From: Chiloscyllium plagiosum
Lineage: Eukaryota
Direction: 5' to 3'
DNA length: 64,000 bases
NCBI RefSeq assembly: GCF_004010195.1
Contig: NC_057750.1
Coordinates: 5,606,595 to 5,670,594, forward strand
How positions within the stretch are numbered: position 1 is the stretch's first letter; every line of letters starts with the position of its first letter. Positions 22,709 to 35,400 of the stretch are shown here, in pieces. The notes under the pieces were generated by a model that did not search any database, was not told where the DNA came from, and saw nothing but the letters and a program-made list of their open reading frames with translations. The translations under genes and the position numbers were made by a program.

Positions 22709-24102
22709 CTGGAAGAAGGAGACGGGAGACAGAAAATCAGAAGCAATAATTAATTAAGTGAAGGATAAGATCATTCAGAGAGGAGACACCAGCCTCTGAG
22801 AGTGTGGAATCTCTGCCAATGATCACAACAGAAGGACTTTGTAAACAAGGAAACATGCAAGTCTCAATAAATCTATTCACACTCTCCTCATCATCCTCAC
22901 CAATCCCTCCTCTCACTGGAGACTGGGAATAAATATTGGTCAGTTCCAAATTCTTGCAGAAGACTAAACGTGGCTTATGGTCTCAGATGGTCTGCCCCCT
23001 GGGTACCTGGCTTACAAATTGTAGTATTTTGTGAATTCCTGCTGACCAGATTGCACATGGAGTGCAAACAGCCAGCACCAACCAGGTTTCGCCAAATGTC
23101 TGGCATTAGTGCTGCGTAAATCTACCAACTCATTTGCCGTCGTATTTCAATCCTTCACCAGAGAAAGATCACTCCTGCATCCCACCAAAGGTCAGTTCCT
23201 GCCTTCTGTCCTGAATTACTGATGTTTTTCAGAATGAAAACGAAATGCGAATTTGTACCTTCTCCCCCACCAAAGACAAAATAATTACGAATATCTGACT
23301 TATAAACACAATCTCATACGGGGTGGGGGGGGGTGTAATTTTCAATATCTGTTACGCAAACATTTCCTGACATTTACGAACAGCTATTTCTATTAACCCG
23401 CATTGCGTTCTGACTTGCATACAAATATAAGACCGGAACACATTCGCAGCCTGGGGACTGCCGGTAAACTCGATCTTCTTTGCTTATGATTGAAACCCTG
23501 GCATTCTGCATCACCTGCATTGCTGGACTCTGTTACACAGAAGCTTAGAAAAAGAGGAGCATGCGTAGGCCATTCAGCCCTTCCAGCCTGCTCCATGATT
23601 CAATATGATCCTGGCTGACCATCCAACTCAGTACTTGCTTTCTCTCCCACTCCCTTTGATCCCTTTAGCCCTGAGAACTCCTTCTTGAAAACATTCAATG
23701 TTTTGGCCTCAAGCGCTTTCTGTGACAGAGAATTCCATAGGCTCCCCACTCCCTGGGTGAAGACATTTCTTCCCCATCTCAGTCCTACCTCGGTATCTTT
23801 AGTCTGTCATCACCCCCAGCAACAGCCTTCCCACACCCAAAGGCACAAAAGCAAAAACACAAAGTGCTGAAGTAATTCAGCACCCATGGAGAGAGAAACA
23901 AAGTTAACACTTCGAGTGTGAAAACTCTTCTTCGGAACTTCAGAGTCCACTGCAGGACTTGAAACGTGAACTGCGTCTCTCTCCTCACTCCTCAGGAGGC
24001 TGCCAGACCGGCTGAGTTTCTCCAGGTCTTTGTTTTTATTTCAGACCTCTGGCCTCCGCAGCATTTTGCATTTGTTTGCACAAAATTCGAGTTGGACTTT
24101 AC

Positions 24103-24262
24103 CCAAATTCTCAGCACACCCGCAGGCGACTCGGTGAGCATCAGTCACGAAGCCAAGTCCTCTGATCACATCAATCAGAGGGGGGGGATCATCTTCAGAA
24201 AGGAAAGCCCCTCTCAGCGCAGAGCCTCCAGCGAGCTGCTCATGACTGGGCTCAGTCAGCAT
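24103..24262 (-). CDS. Possible alternative first coding exon of RELB (MLTEPSHEQLAGGS...CAENL(G)); full exon 24103-24288
   Basis: Long pyrimidine tract with acAG acceptor at 24289-24290, an in-frame TAG, then ATG at 24262; open to a phase-1 donor TGG|GTAAAG compatible with the 22708 exon. No homology support. Confidence 0.3.
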
Positions 24263-26599
24263 CTGAATGAGCCGGGCCACGCTCTATCCTGTTTTAAAAA
24301 TGCCACAGGAAGAGGAAGAGAAACTCGGGAATGAGCTGTAGCTCACGTCAAAGGTTGACAATGGAGTAAACTTCCCCAGACGCCCACTGCCAGAAACTTG
24401 AGACAATAAATTCCCTCTTTCGCCCCAACACCTCCAGCACTCGACTCCCACTCTCTCAAAGGCAAAGCCCTCAGCTTTGAGCAGAGGCTTCCGTAGAAAA
24501 GGGAAGCGCTGTGATTCTGAGTCTGTCCCCACCAGGTTTCCTTTCCCATCCACCCGCAGCCTCACCGTGATTTCAGGGAGAAGTCAGCCAATTGGCTTCC
24601 TGGCTCCGAGGTGACCGATACCGCGATGTCATCGGAACGTGGGCGAGCCCAGCACCGGTGTCATCGGAACGTCACCAGGGTCGGACCAGGGTGGGGGAGG
24701 AAGCTCGAGGTTTGATGATGCGCGCTAAATACAAATGGCCAGTGAACAGGAGGATGTGGACAGAGGAGGGAGGGAAGGTAAGCAGCGTCAAGTGGACTCC
24801 GGCCACCGCCACCCTCAACCCAACCTTCCGGCTTTGTAAAAGGCAAGGGGCACTGTTTGGAGTGGCACTGAGGTATCTGAGTTACTCAGACTGTCATCCA
24901 GTCCAGGACAACCACATCACTGACCCTGTACTCCTCTCTCTGGTCCAGGTGACGTCCCACTCTTAGAAGGTGAATTGGGCTAGACCTTACTTATTTGCCG
25001 GGGTCCATTCCACCATCACTGTAGCAGGACGTGCCCACATGGGAGACGGGATGTGTGTTGTGCCAACCTCGGTTGTCTCTTCTGGTTACAATGCCCTTTA
25101 GGCGCCGCTGACCTGCTCCTTAACAGCACTCCCTCACAGGTACTGACCTGACAATTTCCTTAACAGCACTCCCTCACAGGCACTGACCTGACAATTTCTC
25201 TTTTGGCGTTGGTAAGGCCGGCACTTGATCCACATCTCCTGTTGCCCTATGAACTGAGCGTCTTGCCAGTCTATTTCAAGGTCAGCCACATTGCTGAGGG
25301 TCTGGAGTCACATGAGGAAGGAGCAGGTTTCCTTCTCGCACTTGATGAAGGGGCAGCGCTCCTAAAGCTTGTGATGGCAAACAGTCCTGTTGGACTATAA
25401 CCTGGTGTTGTGTGGCTTCTGACCTTGTCACCCCAGGCCAATCCACATCACACGATGTTAGTTTCATGGCCACAGTCACTGAGACAAGGTTTACTCTCCA
25501 GGTCAATGGTGTGGTGAACCTATGGTGTGGTGGGATCTGAAGCCATACCTCAACAGCATTTGCCTAAGTGTCTGGATTACAAGTCCAATGACAGAACCAC
25601 CACACCACCAGTGTCCTCAAAGTGGTAAAACTGGCATTCGGGATAGAAGGAAGAAAGGAAAAGTCAGCTCAGCGTCCAACAATGATCACTCTCCAGTGGA
25701 GTTGCCAAATGTCTAGGATTGACCTGAAATCTTCAGGAATTAACAAAGAGTCTCCTGGAAATTGGAGCTCCTGAGTGGGGTTGGCAGCAAATAAAATCTC
25801 ACAGGGATGTGAAATTCTGTAATTTAGTGCCCCGTCCCCTTTAAGTGTTTATTAAGTGTAAGATTGTTTGATTAAAATGGGTTGTTTGACTGGCAGTCTG
25901 CACCATCCAGTGGTGAAAAACGACGGCTGGTCGCCAATGACGGACATGACCAATGATGAGAGATGGAGCTGGGGGGGTGGGGGGGTCACCTGACTGCGAT
26001 GCCCCACTCAGCCAACTTGCTCGGTCCATAACGGAATGGCCGCCTGACCAGGGAGTGCTGGCTCTGAACAAAGGTTTGCCTTCATATAGCGCCAAACCCC
26101 TTCACAGCCACTGAATTACTTCTGCTTCAAGTGCAGTCGCCACAGTAACGTGGGAAAGGCAGCAGCCATTTTGCGCACAGCAAGCTCCCACAAAAGCAGT
26201 GCGGCGAGTGACTACATTGTCCTCCTTGAGCAACACCGTGGCTGTTGCTAGCTAACTGTAGCTAGGATACCTGCTGTCACACAGTGGGCCACTCTGGTCT
26301 TCCGCATACCCTCCCCTCCTATCTACAATAGTTCATTGAAAGCTACTCTGAGATCCATCCTTCAAAAATACCTAGATCATCCCTGCTTTCTCCTGCTTAC
26401 ACTTTGCTCTCTGTTTTCCGGCTCTGAGAATTCTAACACTCTCTTTTCTGGATTTAATCTTTAGCTTGCATTTTGCTCTTGCTGTTTCACTACCTCTCCA
26501 TTTCCATTTATTTGGGCCGAGAGGCATTTTCAGAATAATTCTTACCGTCCACATTGCAAAGGACTCTATTTCCTTGTATTAAGACCGTTACTCGTAAAT

Positions 26600-26980
26600 G
26601 AAAACTGAAAGAACTGCAGATGCTGTAAATCAGAGACAAAACCAGAAATTGCTGGAAAAGCTCAACAGCATCTGTTCAGGGGTCAACCTGAAACATTAAC
26701 TCTGATTTCTCTCAACAGACCTGCTAACTACTTGTAACAGAAATTGCTGGAAAAGCTCAGCAGGTTTGTTGAGAGAAATCAGAGTTAATGTTTCAGGTTG
26801 ACCCCTGAACAGATGCTGTTGAGCTTTTCCAGCAATTTCTGTTACAAGTAGTTAGGGAGACAGGGTCAATGAATGAGTTCTGAGGAAGGGGGCCACTCGA
26901 CCCCGAAACGTTAATCCTGATTTCTCTCCACAGATGCTGCCAGACCTGCTGAGCTTTTCCAGCTATTTCTATTTTTGTCT
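26600..26980. mobile_element. Complex nested inverted copies of the family C element
   Basis: 26643-26725 is inverted against 26759-26841; a further copy with gagttctgaggaaggg...cccgaaacgtt starts at 26875. Confidence 0.75.
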
Positions 26981-27839
26981 CTTAGCAATGCTGATTGGCG
27001 GATTGGCCAAATTCACTGCTACTGAGCAGCTGACAAGTGGCAACGTTTCAGAAGATTCATCTTATCGAGGGACAGGGAGAGTTCAATGGGCCGAGTGGTC
27101 AGCTCCAACTTCCTCATTCCTCAAGAGGTGAGGGAGAACAAACAGGAACAAACGGCTGCTAATGGAACATGGAAAATGACTCAGTACTTCAAGTGGCCAA
27201 TTTTATTGGAAAAATCCCAAAGGTTTCTGACTGACTGCCATCAGCCATGACAAACAATCACAACAACCTTTCCAGCTCCACTTCCTCTTCACGTTTTCAG
27301 TCTCTGACAAACATAAGATGCCTTTGAAGAGGGGGAGGAGAGCCTTTTTGCAAATGACGCCATGCTTTTCCACATGAGCTCAGAGTCAGAGTGACATAGG
27401 AGGGGGCCACTTGGCCCATCGAGCCGAGATATCTTCCCGTCAACCTGCTCAGGAATGTTAATGCACACCTCTGGAGCAGGAGGGACTTGAAGCCAGGCCT
27501 CCTGGTTCAGAGGCAGGGACATACCTGCTGCATCACAGGAACCTTATCCCATCAAGTCTCTTTGTCGAATATATTCAGTGACTTGGCCCCCCTGGGAGGA
27601 GAGTGCCACCGATTGACCAGTCTCTGAGTGAAGAAACTGTTCTTCATCTCAGTCCTTAGTCGTGGTTAAAATTTCATCATCGGTCATCCAAACCCAGGTG
27701 GTCAGAACCTTAACCTGGGACACAGGATTAGCAGTTCAGTGATACTACACGACACCACCATCTCCCCTTCGCATCATCTTGGCTGTTTATAGAGCAATCC
27801 AGTCAGCTCCATTCTCCTGCTCGACATGTTTAAACTGAA

Positions 27840-28260
27840 AGTAAAGCGCCCTCAAAGCTGACCCCATCAAACACTCCCAGGACAGATGCAGTATGAGGTT
27901 AATTACAGAGAAAAGCTCCCTTTACTCTTTTAACTTCACACTAAAATTCCCTTGACACTATCCCCAACAAGCATTTCCTAGGATAGATTCAGCACTGGTT
28001 TAGTAAAGCTCTCTCTGCCCTTTTAAACTAAAAGTAAAACTCTCTCTACATTGCCCTCATCAAATCACTCCCAGAACAGGGATACCACAGGATTAGATAC
28101 AGTGTAAAACTCTCTCTACACTGTCCTCATCAAATCACTCCCAGGACAGGGACAGCATGGGGTTAGATATGGCATAAAGCTCCCTCTACACTGTCCCCAT
28201 CTAACACTCCCCCAGGAAATGGACAGCACGGGGTTAGATACAGAGTAAACCCTCCTCTAG
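27840..28260 (-). repeat. Same ~69-bp minisatellite family, opposite orientation, about 6 degenerate units
   Basis: Recurring cccaggacagg...ggggttagatacagagtaaagctccctctacactgtccccatc, the reverse complement of the 16.7-kb unit. Confidence 0.85.
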
Positions 28261-28939
28261 TAAAGAGAAAGTCGAAAGAAAAGGAAACCACTCCATGCTG
28301 GACCCTATCGCACAGTCTCTGCAAGTTTACTTTTTCCTCAAGGGTTCATCCAATTCCCTTTTGAAAATTATTCATTCTCTTTGCTTCAAACTTAGGCAGA
28401 GAGTTCCACCTCATCAGCTCTTGTTGTGTCTTTCCCAGAAACCTTAAATCTGTGGTCGCCCTGCTACCAGTGAATGGGAGAAATTGTTCATATACTGCCT
28501 TATTTTAAACCCGTCAGTATCTTGTGCACCTCTCTCTAATCTTTCATCAGTCTCCTTTAAAACAAGGATCGGCAACCTCAGTTTCTCCAACTGAGTCTTG
28601 TAGCTAAGCTCCCTCATTCCTGGTACAGCCCTACTCCACCTTTGCATCCTTCCTCAACCAGAACAGGACGCAGTTCTCCAGTTGCGGCCAAACCACAGCT
28701 TAGTCTCCAAGGAGATTAATCTTTCATTGCCGGAAACTCCAGGTTGGTTCCTGGATGGTTGGCCGTGGTACAAAGACTGAGAGATGAAAGATACCAATTG
28801 TTGAGAAATGCAAGAGCACTGAAGGAGGTCATTGAAAGAAATTGCTCAAAAAGAGAACTGTTGTTTGCTGGATCATATCTTAGAAGCAACTTTTTGTTTA
28901 TCCCTGGGATGTGGGTGCCCCAGCATTTATTGCCCATCC

Positions 28940-29200
28940 AGCATGGTGGCTCAGTGGTTAGCACCACTGCCTCACGGTACCAGGGACCCGGATTCGATTC
29001 CACCCTCAGGAGACTGTCTGTGTGGAGTTTGCATTTTCTCCCCATGTGTCTATGTGGGTTTCCTCCAGATGCTCCGGTTTCCTTCCACAGTCCAAAGATA
29101 TGCGGGTTAGGTGGATTGGTCATGCTAAATTTCCTGTAGTGTCTAGGGATGTGTGTAGGTTAGGTGGATTAGCCATGGGAAATGCAGAGTTACAGGGATG
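28940..29200 (+). mobile_element. HE1-type V-SINE
   Basis: Same tRNA head and V-domain. Confidence 0.8.
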
Positions 29201-29639
29201 GTTGTACGGATTCTATCCTTAATTGCCCCTTAATATGAGATGGCAAGCTGCCTTCTTCAGACTGTGCAGTGCAGACACAGCCCCGTGCTGTTTAGGGAGA
29301 CAGTTCCAGGATTTTGAGCCAATTATTCTGAAGGACTAGCGAGCTATTTCCCAATCTGGATGATGTGCAGCTTGAAGGAGAACTTGTAAATGTGTTCCTG
29401 TGTATCTCCTGATTTTGTCCTTGGAGGTCGTGGGCTTGGAAAGTGTTATCAAAAGGAGCCTTGACTTCTATAGTGCAACTTGTAGACAGTACACACTGTG
29501 TCGTTGATGGACAGAGTGAATGTTGAAGGTGGAGCGTGGGGCTGATACTGAAGCAGGTTGCTGTGTGTCCTGGATGCTATCAAGCTTCTTGAGGTATGTC
29601 ATAGTTGCATTCATCCAGGCAAATGTGGCAGTATTCACA

Positions 29640-29842
29640 GTCGAGAGTGTGTTGCTGGAAAAGCACAGCAGGTCAGGCAGCATCCGAGGAGCAGGAGAAT
29701 TGACGTTTCAGGCCAGAGCACTTCACCAGGAATGTCAAACGTCAATTCTCCTGCTCCTCGGATGCTGCCTGACCAGCTGTGCTTTTCCAACGCCACACTT
29801 ATGACTCTGATCTCCAGCATCTGCGGTCCTCACTTTCTCCTG
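29640..29842. mobile_element. Family B inverted pair inserted in an older LINE fragment
   Basis: gctggaaaagcacagcaggtcaggcagcatccgaggagcaggagaattgacgttt ... aaacgtcaattctcctgctcctcggatgctgcctgacc. Confidence 0.75.
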
Positions 29843-31269
29843 GGAATATTCGCAACCCACTCTGGACTTCACAGTCCCAGTGATTTGCATTTCCCGTTTT
29901 ACTTCCATCTGCAGGAGGTGTTGCTTTGTCGACCAAGCAATAAAGCCATTTTACACAGCAGCAGAAGAGAGATCAGTCAACAACTACTTGCATTGATGTA
30001 GCACCCTAATGTAAAAGATCCCAAGACACTTCAGAGGATCATTAGCGAAGAAAATGGCATTGCATCATGGTGGGGGTGTCAGTGTAGGTTTGATTGAAGA
30101 GGCAGGAGCATCTTAAAGGAAAGAAGGTGGTAAAGAGAGAGAAAGTATATGTGTGTGTGCGTGTGCGCGGTGTGTTGTGTGTGTGTGTTTATGTGTATGT
30201 GTATGCCTGTCTGTGTGAGTGTGTGTATTCGGGTGAGTGTGAGTGTGTGTATTAGGGAGGAAATTCTATAGCACAGGGCCCAGGAATGAGAGAGCCTGGA
30301 TGCCAATGGTGCAGCAATTAAAACTGGAGGACACTCAAGAGAACAGAATTATAGAAGAGCAGAGATTTTGTCAGTTATGGAGCCAGAGGAGATTATACAG
30401 ACAGGCAGGGAATAAAGTTAAGAATCACACAATACCAGGTTATAGTCCAACAAGTTTAATTGGAGGCACTAGCTTTCGGAGCGCCGCTCCTTCATCGGGT
30501 GGTTGTCCGAAAGCTAGTCCTTCCAATTAAACCTGTTGGACTATAACCTGGCGTTGTGTGATTTTTTAATTTTGTCCACCCCAGTCCAACACCGGCATCT
30601 CCAAATCATGGTAGGGAATAGGCCCAATGGGGGTTTGAAATCAAGCATGGGACTTTTACAAAGCAAGGCATTGCCAGAGCAGGAGCCAGCGAAGGCTAGC
30701 AGGACATGGGGTGGCGGTGAGCTCGGTATGATTTCGAGGAGTACAGGCCAAAACACCAAGCTCTCCTGATTAAACTCTGAGAGGGGACAGCCTGAGGGAC
30801 CATGTTTCAGCCAGGAGCCAGCAACACAGGGGAAGGGCAGAGGGAGCGGATGGATAGAAAACACTATTTAAATACAATTTGCATCTCCACTTATTGGAGT
30901 TTAGAATAAGAGGTGATCTTATTGAAACATGATTCAGGGGGATCCTGACAGGGCACATAGAGAGGGTCGTTTCCTCAATGGGGGAATCTAAAATAGGAGA
31001 AGGCAGGGGTTTGGGGCAGGGGAACAGGACATGGGTTAAAGATGAAGTGACTTACACTTATAGACAAGTATGAGGAGGGACTTCTTCTCTCTGAAGGATT
31101 TTAGTCTTTCAGATTCTCTTCCCCCAGGGGCAGCGGGGGCTGTGTTCTTGAATACGTTGAAGGTTGGGTTAGTTTGAATGACAAGGGAGTTGAGGGTTAC
31201 AGGAGGTGGGACTGGGTGTCAGAAGGAATGTGGAATTAAAGCTGCAACCCGCTCAGCGATGATCTCAGA

Positions 31270-31610
31270 ATTATAGAATCCCCACAGTGTGGAAGCAGGC
31301 CATTCAGCCCATCCAGTTACACCGACTCTCCAAACACCCTCCCACCTAGACCCACCCTATCCCTGTGGCCCTGCATTTCCCCATGGCTAACCCACCTAGC
31401 CTGCATGCCCCTGGACATCACGAGGCAATTTAGCATGGTCCATCCACCCTAAACTGCACATTTTTGGATTATGGGAGGAAAGTGGAGCACTCAGAGCGGA
31501 CACAGAGGGAACATGCACACTCCACAGACAGTCACCCGAGGCTGAAATCGAACCTGGGTTCCAGGTTCTGTGAGGCTGTAGTGCTAACTAACAAGTCACC
31601 ATGTCGCCCC
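31270..31610 (-). mobile_element. HE1-type V-SINE
   Basis: Reverse-complement match to the same consensus. Confidence 0.75.
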
Positions 31611-31794
31611 ATTTTTTTCACAGGATATGGGCATTTGACAACATTTGCTACCCCTCCCTAATTGCCCTGAAAGCTATCTTAGTGGGATTTGAATCTATAT
31701 CTCGAAAGCATTAACACAGGCCTTTGGATTACTCTTCTGGTAGCACTATACTACCATCTTCCTCCCCATTTTATTGAATCTCAAGGGGCTGAAT

Positions 31795-32225
31795 AAGACC
31801 ATTAAAAATAGGAGTGGAAGTAAGGCCATTCGGCCCATCGAGCCCATTCCATCATTCAATCATGGCTGATGGGCAATTCAATGCCACTTACCTGCACCCT
31901 CCCCATATCCCTTAATTCCTTGTGAGATTAAGAATTTATCAATCTCTGCCTGGGAGACATTTAACATCCCGGCCTCCACTGGGCTCTGTGGCAATGAATT
32001 CCACAGGCCCACCACTCTCCGGCTGAAGTAATGTCTCCTCATTTCCGTTCTAAATTGACCCCCTTTAATTCTAAGGCTGTGCCGAGTCCTAGTCTCCCCA
32101 CCTAGCAGAAACAATTTCCCAGCATCCACTCTTTCTAAGCCATGAATTATCTTGTACGTTTCTATTAGATCTCCCCTTAATCTTCTAAACTCTAATTAAT
32201 ACAATCCCAGGATGCTCAGCAGTCC
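31795..32225 (-). mobile_element. CR1-type LINE 3' end
   Basis: ETRTRHSLRIKGGQFRTEMRRHYFSRRVVGLWNSLPQ. Confidence 0.85.
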
Positions 32226-33629
32226 ATGTGCTCTTGTTGCTTGTGTCCTTATACAAAAGGGAGCAAGAGAATGGAGTGCAAAGAGATTTAGCTCAGGTTT
32301 GACCAAACACGTCAAAACAGAGTTAAAAACCACACATCAACCCGGGTTTCCTCTGGGTGCTCCGGTTTCCTCCCACAGTCCAACGTTGTGCAGGTTGGGT
32401 GAACTGGCCATGCTAAATTGCCCGTAGTGTTAGGTGCATTAGTCAGGGGTAAATGTAGGGGAATAGGTCTGGGTGGGTTGCTGTTTGGTGGGTCGGTGTG
32501 GACTTGTTGGGCTGAAGGGCCTGTTTCCACACTGTTGGGAATCTAATCTAATCAAACCAGGTCATAGTCCAACAGGTTACAGTCCAACAAGACAACCACC
32601 TGGTGAAGGAGCAGCACCCCAAAAGTTAGTGCTTCCAATCAAACCTGTTGGACTGTAACCTGGAGTGCTGTGAGATTTTTAAACTTTGTACACCCCAGTC
32701 CAACACCGGCTCCTCCACATCATGACGTCATGACAGTGTTATCTTCTCCCTCCACTAGCTAATTAGTGGAGGCTTTCCCCAGTCTATAAATAACAAGCAG
32801 GAGGCGGGTCTCACCAGGCTTCTGGGCGACTGACTCACATTAGACTTTTTGAGAGACAGAATAAGTCAGTCGATTGACCGCAAAGTAATCAAGACCTCAG
32901 TAAGGCAAGGATGACAAACAAGCCTGTTCCCAAACAGTGAAACATTGCTTTGTGTATGTGTGTGTATGCATGTGTGTATGTGTATGTGTATGCATGTGTG
33001 TATGTGTATGTGTATGCATGTGTATGTGTGTATGTGTGTGTGTGTCCAACAATTGAACCACCTCCAAATCTAAAACCGGAAACTTCAGAGAGGTAACATC
33101 TCCACCAGAGTGTAAAGCAGCCAGATGTCCTACATTAATCATTTCTTGCATTTCAATTAATGTTGCAGAATTCTCCCATCTCTTCAAGTAGACTTGCCCC
33201 TTTAAATTGGTAGCTCACATTGAATCCTTCGACCCTGACTCTCACGCCACTCCTGAAATCCGTCCTTCCCCCGAACGCTGAACGTGCCACTGAGTGTTTG
33301 TTCCATCTTTTTTTTAATAAAAAGTGTCTTGAACAAGTCAATTTTCGACTAGCAGGCAAAACATACAGCGCCCCAACATAAAATGGCAACTTTGGTCACA
33401 TCAAAAAACAAAAAGGGCAGTGTTTTAATCAGCCAGGAAGAAGCCATTTTCAGAAAACATTCAGCTTGCTGTTTCTTCGATCTGCTGTGCTCCAAGCGTG
33501 CAGAACCTCACACCATATGTTACATGTGGATCAACCTTTACAAAAACACCTATTACCGACCTGCAGCGTGACATTTACAAAACAGTAACTTCTCTCTGTT
33601 TAATCTAAACACTGATAAACAACCTGACA

Positions 33630-33832
33630 TCAGAGTGGTGCTGGAAAAGCACAGCAGGTCAGGCAGCATCCGAGGAGCAAGAGACTCAATGTTTCGGGCA
33701 ATAGTGATGAAGGGCTTTTGCCCGAAACATCGACTCTCCTGCTCCTCAGATGCTGCCTGACCTGCTGTGCTTTTCCAGCACCACCCTGATCTAAACTCTG
33801 GTTTCCAGCATCTGCAGTCCTCACTTCTGCCT
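33630..33832. mobile_element. Family B inverted pair
   Basis: Inverted arms around tgatgaagggcttttgcccgaaac. Confidence 0.75.
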
Positions 33833-34669
33833 AGGTTGTTTATCAGTGCCTACACTGGCTTGGTCTCACCCGTAAGAATAATATTCCTTTGGAATACGCC
33901 TTTCAGTCCAATCATCTCAAAACCCCGTACCAGGTCGACAGCACAACATCACAGTCACAAAGCAGACTCGAGCCTACCCATGGACCCCATGGGAGATCTG
34001 ATGGTACTTAAATAAAATTCTCATATTCAGCACACGTCCCGAAACCACACTGCAGACATCTCAGGCCAGGTCCTGTCTTTCTATTCCAGCTATTTTGCTA
34101 CTGTTCAGAATAATAATTGCTCTTTTTAGAAAAAGAGACAGGAATTGATTTACAAATCAGTCCAACTGCCCAAGACAGTTGATTCGAATAAGCAGTTCCT
34201 ATTTACCTATTCAAAGCAGGGCCTTAAATAGCACCAGGCAGAAATAGGCCAATCAGCCCCACTGGTCCGTGCTGGTGTTTAGGCTGCACACCAGCTGCCA
34301 TCCAATCTCCAGCACCCCCCCTCCCCAACACCATAACCCTGACTATTTTCTGTCTCCCTCCTGGGCTTGTCGAGATTCTCCAGAAATGTGCCGCGAACGG
34401 TTAAGTCTCCACTGGGTTTAATCGCTGACCATCTTATGTTCTTAAACCTTAGGGCAGTGACCTTGCTTTGATCCCTTGTACTGCCCCCACGCAACTGCAG
34501 CATTGCATCACAATTTTAAAACACACATCCACATTGTGCTTATTTGTGATGTTTAACTGGCTTGCTAACGGCAACATCGTTTATAAATCTTCTTACTGAC
34601 ACCACTCATCCCCACTGTAGCACTCCAGTCCACCTAAACCCCCACCCCTCATCTCAGAATCATCCCCCA

Positions 34670-35400
34670 TAGAAACATATCCTTCCATCCAACTTGAGCA
34701 CTCCGACCATGTTCCCAAACTGAACTAGTCCCACTTGCCTGCGTTCAGCCCATATCCCGCCAGGCCTTTCCTATTCAAGTACCTGCTCAAATATCTTTTA
34801 AATGTTGTAATTGTGTCTATATCCACCCTGGCAGTTTAAAACTTGCCACTCTCACCTTAAAAAGACGTGCCCCCTTGCTTTGAACTGCCCACCCTGGGGG
34901 GAAAGACCTTTGTTATTCACCCCTCATGATTTTATAAACCTCTAGTAGGTATCTAACCCTCAACTTTGGCTTATGCCCGAAACGTCGATTCTCCTTCTCC
35001 TTTGATGCTGCCTGACCTGCTGCGCTTTTCCAGCAACACATTTTTAAGATATGACCCTCAACCTCCAACATGCTTGTGAAGGGTCCCAACCGATCCAGAT
35101 ATATATATATATATAACTCAAACCCTCCATTCCCAGCAATGGATAGATCTTTTCTGAACTCTCTCCAATATAACAACATCATTCCTATGACAGGGCGACC
35201 AGAATTGGATGCAGTGCTCCAGAACAGGCCTCACCAACATCCCGTACAACCTCCCAACTCCTATGCGCAAAGGTCTGAGTAATTGAAGGCAAGCATGCTA
35301 AATGCTTTCTTAACCACCTGTGACACAAATATCAAAGAATTATGTACCTAAACCCAAGGTCTCTGTTCTACAACACTACCCAGGGCTCTACCATTCATTG
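34670..35400 (-). mobile_element. Degraded CR1 LINE 3' part with a family B insertion at about 34965-35042
   Basis: LEVYKIMRG remnant; the insert carries ggcttatgcccgaaacgtcg. Confidence 0.7.
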
